From: a virus
Virus record (IMG/VR): IMGVR_UViG_3300046512_000087
Coordinates: 1-64,000 of that record
Length of the DNA: 64,000 nt
Direction: 5' to 3' (one strand)
The notes below the pieces were generated by a model, which was given only the letters and a program-made list of their open reading frames with translations, was not told where the DNA came from and did no database searches. This document shows positions 38,390-46,301 of the stretch, piece by piece. A program made the translations under genes and the position numbers. Position 1 is the first letter of the stretch, and the number at the start of each line of letters is the position of its first letter.

Positions 38390-38866
38390 TTAGTACGTCT
38401 TGCCAACCCGGGCGTCTACTACACAACCCTTTGAAACCTCAAACTTGGCAGCGTACTCCAAAGGCTTCCATCTGTAGCGCTTGTCGGCCCTGATTTCTGC
38501 AACCTGTTCAGCCGTTAGCCGGGACCTATGACTCTCATGACCCTTCCGATATGTCCCCTGCTCCTTCTTATCCGCGATGTTTTCCTTCTGGGTCCCATAG
38601 CTCAAGTTATCAGGGGTATTGTCTCGATCACCTCCGGGGCCATGACGAACCACCTCGCCATCAGGGCGAATACCGTGAAAGGCCTCAGCCACTAGCACAT
38701 GGACTCTTCGGGTCTGACCCTCTACACAGACCCTGAGATATTTATCGGACGCATCACCTTCGAGAATGCGGGGACCGCCTCTGACTGCGGCTGAAGCACG
38801 AATGCGCCCATGACTGGACGCCTCGTACCTAGGAAAGCTGGGGATCTGTTTCCATATCTCAAGCAA
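38390..38866 (-). CDS. NUMOD4-HNH homing endonuclease
   Basis: EIWKQIP..YEASSHGRIR, VHVLVAEAFHG, VRH....DN..DNLSYGT..EN. Confidence 0.88.
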   Translation of the reverse strand: MLEIWKQIPSFPRYEASSHGRIRASAAVRGGPRILEGDASDKYLRVCVEGQTRRVHVLVAEAFHGIRPDGEVVRHGPGGDRDNTPDNLSYGTQKENIADKKEQGTYRKGHESHRSRLTAEQVAEIRADKRYRWKPLEYAAKFEVSKGCVVDARVGKTY

Positions 38867-41234
38867 GTTTGAGGTCCTTTAGGTCTGCCATTGAGGGGCC
38901 GATTTTGCAGTCGGTCACGAACTTCAGCTGCGGGTTCCAGCCCACCTTCTCAAACGGCAGGTTCTCCATCTGATCCTTCTCGCGCTGGGCATAGAACTCG
39001 GCGTTGTCTTCAGGGATGTAGCGATACCCTGCGTCATGGACAAGACCAAAGCACGGGGCGTCCAAGTGGTAGCCCTTTTCCTTACCCTCAGCGATAGCCC
39101 AGATCATCATGTCGGACAGCGTGCCCTGCACAGGGCTGTTGATGGCCCGGCGCTCTTCCTGGGAGCGGATATCCGACATCTTGCTGTTGATCAACGGCAG
39201 GTGGCGCACACGGCCCAGGGGCGAACGGACAAAGCCGTACTTCTTGGCGTGGGCCTTGTATTCCTTGTGGTACTCGGGCAATGCCGGGTAGGTCTCAAAG
39301 AAACCATTACGAAAGGACTCAGATTCGTGGTTGGACAGGTTCACGTTGTAGCTGGTCTTGGCGAAGATCTGGAAGCCAGTGGCGCCCATGCCGTAAATCA
39401 GACCGAAGTTACCTGACTTGCCGATTTGCCGGATGGCCGAGAACTTGTCCGGGTCTGTCAGCTTGAAGCCCATGATCTCTTCGACCGTGTAGCCCACGAA
39501 CTTCGACGGAGTGATGACGTGCAGGTCCAGGTTGTCCCGGTAAACCTGAATCATGGTGGGCTCGTTGGCGATACAGGCGATTACCCTCAGTTCACCCTGG
39601 CTGTAGTCGTTCTCCATTACCAGCATGCCATCCGGGGCTACAAACACCTTGCGCAGCCGCTTAGCCCATTTCGTGTGCTTAGGGATAGTCTGGAACGCCG
39701 GGTCTTTGCAAGACAGACGCCCGGTGTTCGTGCCACCCTCGCCCTCGTCCTTGTTGCCAGCAAAGAGGAAGTAGGTGGGGTGGAACCTGCCGTCACTCCT
39801 GATGTGCTTACGGAAGCCATGTACGTACGTGCCCAGCGTCTTGGTTGCCGTAGAGAAGTCGGACAGCAGGCCCACGAACGGTGCCGCGTCTTCATTGTCG
39901 GCAAACATCATCAGGTGTTCCATGGCCGACGAGATACCACCCTTGGGCGCATACATCTTCGGCGTCAGGTTCAGCCCCATGGGAGAGAACATGAAGTCGA
40001 TCAGCAGGCTGGCTTTCGTCAGGTTCAGGCCACCACGCTTACTGAGGTCCTGGTGCTTGGCAACGATCCTGCCGCCCATGATCTTCTTGGCCTTGTGGAT
40101 CAGCTGGTCAATCTCTTCATTCAGCTCCCCCTCCAGCTTGTTGTACTCGTTCAGGTCCACACAGACCCCGCCCTGCTCAATGAACTCCATTGCCCTGGCG
40201 GCGGGGTGGAGGATGTTGATGTAGAACCGGGTTAACGCTGGATCGGCTAGCAGGTCCTTCTTCTGCTCAATGGACACCCGGAGAGTGGCGTCACCATCAC
40301 CACAGGCGTAGGGCAGCAGGGTTTCTTTGGGGATCAGGTCCATACGGCCCTTGTCCACCGACGAGTTGAACACATCGTCATAGCCACCCATCGTCGTGTA
40401 GATCTTGGCATGGACGTTCAGAGAGTTGCTGCGGTTCTCGTCAAGGATGGAGCCCACCAGGGTGGTATCGAACAGGAAGTTCGTACACTGGATGCCGGTA
40501 TGCACGTACAGCCAGTTCAGGTCGAACTTCAGGTTAGCGCCGCGCAGGGAGATCTTTTCCGACGTCAACAGCTCATGCAGCTGTACTACGAACTCAAGGT
40601 CCGTATTCAACCTGTAGGCCAGCTCTGCCCGGCTCTCAAAGTAAATGGCGTCACCCGTGCCTACCTGTGAGCTGGCCTGGATGGTAACGATGTAGGCGCC
40701 GGGGTGCGATCCATCAGCGGCGGGCTCGCGGTAAGGGTCGAAGCCAATGGTCTCCAGGTCCAGGGCCACGTCTACCCGTTTGCCGCCATTGGCCTTGAAC
40801 TTGGCCCTGACATCGGCCAGCAGGTTGGTGAAGTGCTCCACGTAGTTGTACTTGCCAATCTCAGGCTGTACCACTCCGGTGTTGTGGACCCGGATAGCCA
40901 GATTCACATCGCACAACAGGTCTACGTATTTGCCGTAATCCACCTCGCTGATGCCTGAGGAATAAGACGACAAAACCGGAGCACTGAGCCCCGGTACGGT
41001 AATAGCGTTGTTGCGCAGGCTTGTGATCGTCCTGTTCTTGGGTAGCACCTTCATGTTTTGGAGGTAGGTGATGGGGTCATTACCCAACGTGAGAACAGCC
41101 TTCAGGTCAGGACGATCCGGGAGATACGCGAAGTTGTTGCAGATCTCGTACTCCAGGTCCGGGTACTGCTTCAACCGCCCACCGATTGCTGACAGCACCC
41201 GTGCAGCCGGGTCTTTAGTCCAGATTAAAAGCAT
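38859..41234 (-). CDS. DNA polymerase family A with 3'-5' exonuclease and N-terminal UDG-like domain
   Basis: Exonuclease motifs DLET, NLKFD, YACGD; TGRLSC; motif A DYSQGELR, motif B KSGNFGLIYG, motif C VHDA. Confidence 0.95.
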   Translation of the reverse strand: MLLIWTKDPAARVLSAIGGRLKQYPDLEYEICNNFAYLPDRPDLKAVLTLGNDPITYLQNMKVLPKNRTITSLRNNAITVPGLSAPVLSSYSSGISEVDYGKYVDLLCDVNLAIRVHNTGVVQPEIGKYNYVEHFTNLLADVRAKFKANGGKRVDVALDLETIGFDPYREPAADGSHPGAYIVTIQASSQVGTGDAIYFESRAELAYRLNTDLEFVVQLHELLTSEKISLRGANLKFDLNWLYVHTGIQCTNFLFDTTLVGSILDENRSNSLNVHAKIYTTMGGYDDVFNSSVDKGRMDLIPKETLLPYACGDGDATLRVSIEQKKDLLADPALTRFYINILHPAARAMEFIEQGGVCVDLNEYNKLEGELNEEIDQLIHKAKKIMGGRIVAKHQDLSKRGGLNLTKASLLIDFMFSPMGLNLTPKMYAPKGGISSAMEHLMMFADNEDAAPFVGLLSDFSTATKTLGTYVHGFRKHIRSDGRFHPTYFLFAGNKDEGEGGTNTGRLSCKDPAFQTIPKHTKWAKRLRKVFVAPDGMLVMENDYSQGELRVIACIANEPTMIQVYRDNLDLHVITPSKFVGYTVEEIMGFKLTDPDKFSAIRQIGKSGNFGLIYGMGATGFQIFAKTSYNVNLSNHESESFRNGFFETYPALPEYHKEYKAHAKKYGFVRSPLGRVRHLPLINSKMSDIRSQEERRAINSPVQGTLSDMMIWAIAEGKEKGYHLDAPCFGLVHDAGYRYIPEDNAEFYAQREKDQMENLPFEKVGWNPQLKFVTDCKIGPSMADLKDLKLA

Positions 41235-41625
41235 TGATTGGTTTCCACTTCGAAGAAGGTTTATCGAACTTCAGGAACTTTACCGCAGCCTTGGTCACTG
41301 CCTCGAAAACTTTCTTCGGGCTGCCTGGGACCACGCCATCTTTCAGACCATCAACCTTGGTGCCGTCGAACAGGATAGCGTTTACGTTGTAGCCCTGGTT
41401 GGTCACGCAGAGGTACAGGTGCAGGTTCTTGCGCAGCTTCATGGTGGCCGACACGCACTCCGAGGTGAAGTTAACGGAGTGGATAGGCCCGCCAAAGTTC
41501 ACTGACCAGTCACCCAGCTTCATCTCCTTGGACATTGCCCCGGTGAAGCCTCGGTCAGTAAGGGTCAAGCGGGCACCCAGGATATCAGCCACGGGGTACA
41601 GCATAGAGTCCATATGATGGCTCAT
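41215..41625 (-). CDS. hypothetical protein
   Basis: Packed ORF. Confidence 0.6.
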   Translation of the reverse strand: MSHHMDSMLYPVADILGARLTLTDRGFTGAMSKEMKLGDWSVNFGGPIHSVNFTSECVSATMKLRKNLHLYLCVTNQGYNVNAILFDGTKVDGLKDGVVPGSPKKVFEAVTKAAVKFLKFDKPSSKWKPINAFNLD

Positions 41626-41813
41626 TGGATCACCTTAACAGTAGTGGTTTCGGTCAGGAGTACAAGCTCACTGCCTTGCACCAGGGGTTCAAAGGGTAGG
41701 TTGTCCGTCAGGGCGCCGACATTGGCATGCAGGACCTTGGCGGCATCGGAGGTGGTCATGCCTTCTGGCAACCCTACCTCAATCACCCGAGTAATGATGA
41801 CCTTCAGCTTCAT
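41622..41813 (-). CDS. hypothetical protein
   Basis: ATGA overlaps on both sides. Confidence 0.6.
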   Translation of the reverse strand: MKLKVIITRVIEVGLPEGMTTSDAAKVLHANVGALTDNLPFEPLVQGSELVLLTETTTVKVIQ

Positions 41814-42046
41814 ACCTGCTCCAGAACAAGGTTCTTGCCTTGGACACTTGCGGACACGTCACCGATGGACACGCCCATCCAGTAGCAGGCCAGGGTCCAG
41901 TTGTCGTCTTCATGTTCAACCACAAAGGCCTGGACTTCTTCCCCGGCCAGCGCTGGGATTGGGGATGGAAGGTTGAAGGCGGCGCCAACGGGCGTGTCGA
42001 TCAGGAGCTGCAACAGCTTCACAGCTGCCGGGGAATTAATTTTCAA
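41810..42046 (-). CDS. hypothetical protein
   Basis: Packed ORF. Confidence 0.55.
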   Translation of the reverse strand: MKINSPAAVKLLQLLIDTPVGAAFNLPSPIPALAGEEVQAFVVEHEDDNWTLACYWMGVSIGDVSASVQGKNLVLEQV

Positions 42047-42899
42047 GTTGGGCTTCCTTCAGGTTCTTGGCCTGCTGGTCAAAGCTGATACCGAGGTCCA
42101 TCAACACCGCGCCAATCACTCGGGGCGATGGGATGCCAGTGCAATCCAGATGAACCGACCAGTAACCGTTGTCAGTGAGACTGGCTGTCTCCGAGAAGCC
42201 CAGAGCCTTCAACTTACCCTTCTCGAAAGCGTTGGGTACGCCTTCAGCTCGCAAGGACACCTCGGAACCGTTGATTCGGGCAGCCACTTTCAGGCGCTGG
42301 GAGATAGCTACAGCCCGGTAGATAGAACCTGGACTGGTGCCCCGAGTCATCTGGCCGACCACTGAGGCTGTGCGCAGCTGCACAACGTCTTTGAGGTTTA
42401 CCTTCTTGGGCCCGGCGTCAAACATAGAGGGAACTGGGGCTGGGCCAATCACTGGCTTGGACGGGCCGAACTCGTTGCTGTAGTCGATTCCCGTTACCTT
42501 GGTCTTGAGATCTTCACCCACCAGTTTTGCAATTGATTGCACAGTCTCGGCAGATGCCTCGGTGACTTCAGGTTTCACCTTGGGCTTTACCAAAGCGTCA
42601 GGGTCATAGGTCAGGACGGCATTACCCTGGAGCCACTGATCAGCGCAGTCAGCCAGCAGCTTCTGCACCAATTTTGCTGAGATAATGAAAGTGGCTTCTG
42701 GCGCGTTTCCCTTTAACAGCGAGCTGGTGGAGACCGAAGTGTTGATCTTCATCACCGAGCCGTTGTTGTTCATCGACACGGAGTAGAAGCCAATCTCCGC
42801 TTTAATCCCAGCACTCACCAGGGCCTTATAAGTCACCGAGTGATCAGGGGCCATCTTCTCGAAAAAATCTACAGGATTCATACTTAACTTGATCCCCAT
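42036..42899 (-). CDS. hypothetical early protein
   Basis: Has its own promoter (42934-42962) and CAATGGAGTG leader. Confidence 0.75.
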   Translation of the reverse strand: MGIKLSMNPVDFFEKMAPDHSVTYKALVSAGIKAEIGFYSVSMNNNGSVMKINTSVSTSSLLKGNAPEATFIISAKLVQKLLADCADQWLQGNAVLTYDPDALVKPKVKPEVTEASAETVQSIAKLVGEDLKTKVTGIDYSNEFGPSKPVIGPAPVPSMFDAGPKKVNLKDVVQLRTASVVGQMTRGTSPGSIYRAVAISQRLKVAARINGSEVSLRAEGVPNAFEKGKLKALGFSETASLTDNGYWSVHLDCTGIPSPRVIGAVLMDLGISFDQQAKNLKEAQLEN

Positions 42900-42933
42900 G
42901 TGGGCTCACTCCATTGGTTTATCCTACCCGTGT

Positions 42934-42962
42934 ATTCTCGCTTTATTTGGTAGGTTTGTCAA
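42934..42962 (-). promoter_or_regulatory. sigma70-type promoter
   Basis: TTGACA-N17-GAGAAT. Confidence 0.6.
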
Positions 42963-42969
42963 ATAGGAG

Positions 42970-43665
42970 TCAGGGTTTAACAGCCCAGATAGTCATTTTA
43001 GAGGCTACTGGGTCGATGGTTTTTACACCAGAAGGCTTGCCGGAGAAGCCAGTCCCGAGAGCCGACGTGCTCTTAGGCTTCGAGTGGGTGCTCGGGGAGA
43101 TCGTGGTCTTGGGCCAGGACGTCGTAGCATAGGCCTTGCTGCCCTCTACCTTCGTGATCCCGAAGTGCTTGTTCAGGAACTCGATCTGGTCATGGGTTTC
43201 CACGGCCTTCTTGCAGTAGTGCTTACGGACGTAAGTGATGCTGTCCAACTCGCCGGTCATGAACGTAACCAGCGCCGCCAGGAAGGTTCCGGTGCGGCCA
43301 TGGCCACCAATGCAGCCTGCATGCAGTTTCTTTCCTGCCTGGATCTGCCCAGCGGCCCAACCCACCAGCTGCTTGAACTCAGCGGCATTTGACGGCGCGT
43401 GCATGTCCTTGATCTGGAAATACACTTCTTCCGAGGTCTTGGCCCAGGGCCAGTGACCCTTGCTGAACGACATGCTGTAGTCGAAGCCAATGTAGATGTC
43501 GGCATCCAAAACAACCGGGCTGGAACAGCTGCCACCGAAGACTTCGAACTCACCAATCTTCAGGCCAGGGTGAGTGCTGTAGCACTTTGCAAAGCCTGTG
43601 GGTTTACCACCTGAGGGGCTGCCGCTGGAGAACCCCAGCAAATCGTCATAATGTTTCAAGTTCAC
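42970..43665 (-). CDS. Cys-based protein tyrosine / dual-specificity phosphatase-like protein
   Basis: IKDMHAP acid loop; HAGCIGGHGRTG (CX5R); YVRKHYCKKAVET..Q. Confidence 0.85.
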   Translation of the reverse strand: MNLKHYDDLLGFSSGSPSGGKPTGFAKCYSTHPGLKIGEFEVFGGSCSSPVVLDADIYIGFDYSMSFSKGHWPWAKTSEEVYFQIKDMHAPSNAAEFKQLVGWAAGQIQAGKKLHAGCIGGHGRTGTFLAALVTFMTGELDSITYVRKHYCKKAVETHDQIEFLNKHFGITKVEGSKAYATTSWPKTTISPSTHSKPKSTSALGTGFSGKPSGVKTIDPVASKMTIWAVKP

Positions 43666-44723
43666 ACTCCATTGGTTTCAAGTTTTTTCTTGCGGATGAA
43701 AATCTTGGCTTGTTTCCCTGGCATGACCGGGAAGGCCCCAGTGACAAGAAAGCCGGACTTCGTTTTTTCTGGCTCTGGCGGTTTCGGCGGAAACTTGGAC
43801 TGCTGTTCCTTGATCTTCGAGTCGTAGTTGTGAAGAGCGCCAAGGTCTTTCACCTGCTGCCAGTTCACTTCCGAACCAAACAGATGCGGTTTCAGCTTGT
43901 TCACCACATCCAGGCAGTAAAACACATCCTGAGAACAAGCAACTGGGCACTCTGAGTTCAGGATCATTTCCGGGATCTGACCAGAGCGCTGTACATCCAG
44001 GATCGTGTACAGGCCCTGCCCAAAATGTTCGTACAGCATGCCCTTGTTGAACATCGGGCCATTGTTGTGGGCCAGGGTGTACGAAGTGTCCAGCATCACT
44101 TCCATGCTGGTCTTCCCATGCAGCATATGCTCCAGGGTCTGAGAGATCAGGCCCCAGGGCTTGCCGCCGTAGCCACCACCAAACTTTCCGTTGTTGAACA
44201 TATAGGTGATGCCAGACGACAGGACGCCAATGCTGGTCTCCATATTAGATTCAACAAAGGCATTGGCCGCTGCATCAGAGCCCTTCCCCCGGATTTCCCG
44301 GTTGAAGTCAAAGGTCTCCATACCGTACAGCTCTTTGTACTTGGCCCAGAATGCATCCGTGCTGTGGTCATGGATATGCCGGGACTCACGCACGGTGATC
44401 AGAATCATGTAGAACAACATCCGAGTACCCTGGCGCTCCAGAACCTGATGGTAAATCTGGGCCACCTTGGCAGCCCATTCAGGAAGTGGTTCGTTCGGCG
44501 TGAACTCGGCTTTCACAACAGCCATCAAATGGTTCATGGCGTAGAAGTCTAGGGCTTCCCTTTCAGGTACGGCTTTATTCAGCCCGCCCTTCTCGACTTT
44601 ACCTTTCCAGAACTCTTTGCAATTGATTGCAAGAACCTTTGATGGCGTGGACATCAGCTTGACGGGTCGGATGTACGGTGACTCCGAATACCAGCTCAAA
44701 GTCTGCGATTTGCCGTGTAACAT
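43662..44723 (-). CDS. conserved-looking protein of unknown function
   Basis: 353 aa; motifs RESRH, GGYGGKPW, LAHNNGPMFNKG; own promoter. Confidence 0.8.
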   Translation of the reverse strand: MLHGKSQTLSWYSESPYIRPVKLMSTPSKVLAINCKEFWKGKVEKGGLNKAVPEREALDFYAMNHLMAVVKAEFTPNEPLPEWAAKVAQIYHQVLERQGTRMLFYMILITVRESRHIHDHSTDAFWAKYKELYGMETFDFNREIRGKGSDAAANAFVESNMETSIGVLSSGITYMFNNGKFGGGYGGKPWGLISQTLEHMLHGKTSMEVMLDTSYTLAHNNGPMFNKGMLYEHFGQGLYTILDVQRSGQIPEMILNSECPVACSQDVFYCLDVVNKLKPHLFGSEVNWQQVKDLGALHNYDSKIKEQQSKFPPKPPEPEKTKSGFLVTGAFPVMPGKQAKIFIRKKKLETNGV

Positions 44724-44755
44724 GGCTCACTCCATTGGATTTGTTTCTTAGGCGT

Positions 44756-44783
44756 ATCTTACCAAATTTGGTCAGTTTGTCAA
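44756..44783 (-). promoter_or_regulatory. sigma70-type promoter
   Basis: TTGACA-N16-TAAGAT. Confidence 0.75.
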
Positions 44784-45248
44784 AGATTTACGCCAAAAGA
44801 ACAGCCACGCCCACCGGCGTTTTGCCGCAATACGATCAAGGATCACATCCTGGATCTTGAACTCCATGACGAACTTGTACTGGTCTGCCGTCTCCACGGC
44901 GTGGGGGTAGTAGTTGGCGCGCACGTACTCCACGGGGTTCTCCACCCCGAATGCCCGAGCCAGGACAGCCAGGAACAGCCCGGTGCGGCCTCTGCCTGCC
45001 ATGCAGCCTACGTATACAGGCTTGCCAGCCAGGATGAAGTCAACAGCCTCACGCAGGCCACGGGACAAATCCACCGGATCAGGGACACTGAAGTCCCGAG
45101 TGGGGATGTTGATCGAGCACGGGAGGTTGATCTCCTTGGCCATCTTGACGAATTCCATTTCCGGGTAATCGCGGGCCTCATGGCTCGGGCCACCGGTCAG
45201 GGTGAAGTATTGTTTCGAGTTCAGCGGGATTTGCAATTGACCAAGCAT
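44772..45248 (-). CDS. Cys-based dual-specificity phosphatase-like protein
   Basis: TRDFSVP acid loop; VGCMAGRGRTG (CX5R); YVRANYYPHAVET..Q. Confidence 0.88.
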   Translation of the reverse strand: MLGQLQIPLNSKQYFTLTGGPSHEARDYPEMEFVKMAKEINLPCSINIPTRDFSVPDPVDLSRGLREAVDFILAGKPVYVGCMAGRGRTGLFLAVLARAFGVENPVEYVRANYYPHAVETADQYKFVMEFKIQDVILDRIAAKRRWAWLFFWRKSLTN

Positions 45249-45276
45249 GTGTCACTCCATTGTTTCAAACGGGACT

Positions 45277-45579
45277 TCAGGAATATTCGACTTTGACCTC
45301 TCCGGCCCAGCCACATTTTGCACAACTCAGACCTAAGCAGTCTGGGCATTCTTCATGCACCGTCAGAGCCTGGGAGCCCTTTCGGTATACAACAACGTCG
45401 TCCAGCTGGCTCATGCGGGAAACCCGGTCGCCCTTTACCTCGAAGATCCAGCCGTGGAATCTCCGGTTGCCACGCTCATGAGTCAGGACAGCAGCCTTCT
45501 TCACCATATCGCTCACGTCTTCAACCTTCAGGCTTAGGGACAGGCAGACATGGGTTACCTGGGGGCTGAATTCAAGCAT
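45277..45579 (-). CDS. small protein with C-terminal Zn finger
   Basis: Likely start MLEFSP at 45579; CPDC..CAKC. Confidence 0.6.
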   Translation of the reverse strand: MLEFSPQVTHVCLSLSLKVEDVSDMVKKAAVLTHERGNRRFHGWIFEVKGDRVSRMSQLDDVVVYRKGSQALTVHEECPDCLGLSCAKCGWAGEVKVEYS

Positions 45580-45844
45580 GACGGCCTGCCCGGTCAATCT
45601 GGATGCTCCTGGGAGCTTCGATAGCGAGGCGGCTGGTCCGGTGACCCCTGGTAGGGGAAGACACACCGCAACTGATGAAGACGTCAGGCAGGACCTCCTG
45701 GCGCTCTTGATCGTTGATGGTGTATTCGGCGTCAGCGTTGATCTGGATCTTGATCTTCGTGCCGTCTTCGATGTCCAGGACATGAAGGGCATTAGTGCCG
45801 ATGGTGATCATGCTACCTACGGATACGCCAAGTGAAAGTGCCAT
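45572..45844 (-). CDS. CsrA/RsmA-like RNA-binding protein
   Basis: L.L...VG..ITIG N-terminus and RLAIEAPRSIQIDR C-terminus match the CsrA pattern. Confidence 0.6.
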   Translation of the reverse strand: MALSLGVSVGSMITIGTNALHVLDIEDGTKIKIQINADAEYTINDQERQEVLPDVFISCGVSSPTRGHRTSRLAIEAPRSIQIDRAGRHA

Positions 45845-45848
45845 GATT

Positions 45849-46262
45849 CTATACTCCTAATAGACCCTTAGCCGCTGATGTCAGGTTCCAGGTACTGCCA
45901 CCCTGAACTCCGCGCCTGGACTCCGGTGCTTCCACCAGACCCTTCGCTCTCAGGATTGTCAGGTAACTGGACACATCCGAAACAGAAAATATGTTTCCAA
46001 GATCCGCCAGGGTCTGAGTGACCTCGGCAGAACTCGCAATTTCCAACGCTGTGAGAACCTTCAGGGTGTTCCACAGCTTCGTGTCTCTCTTGGGTAACTT
46101 GATGTCCTCGCGGGTGTCCGTGCGCAGGATCTTCATGTTTTCCAACTGTGTGTACACCACTTTCTGGAATCCACACATACACTGAAGGGTCAAATCCACT
46201 CCATTGCTTGTGGTGTACCGCGCGTTTGGCGACCCACACTTTGGACACTCCGTTCTGACCAT
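45849..46262 (-). CDS. Zn-ribbon + winged-HTH DNA-binding protein
   Basis: CPKC...CMC; SSAEV...VSSYLTILRAKGLVE....GGSTWNLT. Confidence 0.7.
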   Translation of the reverse strand: MVRTECPKCGSPNARYTTSNGVDLTLQCMCGFQKVVYTQLENMKILRTDTREDIKLPKRDTKLWNTLKVLTALEIASSAEVTQTLADLGNIFSVSDVSSYLTILRAKGLVEAPESRRGVQGGSTWNLTSAAKGLLGV

Positions 46263-46301
46263 GTGCTTTCTGCCGGTTAGATATTTCCGGCATTATAGGC
46301 A

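Noticed and set aside
45277-45792. 171-aa ORF as listed in the track
   Set aside because: Its 5' part overlaps the CsrA-like gene out of frame; the real start is probably the ATG at 45579.
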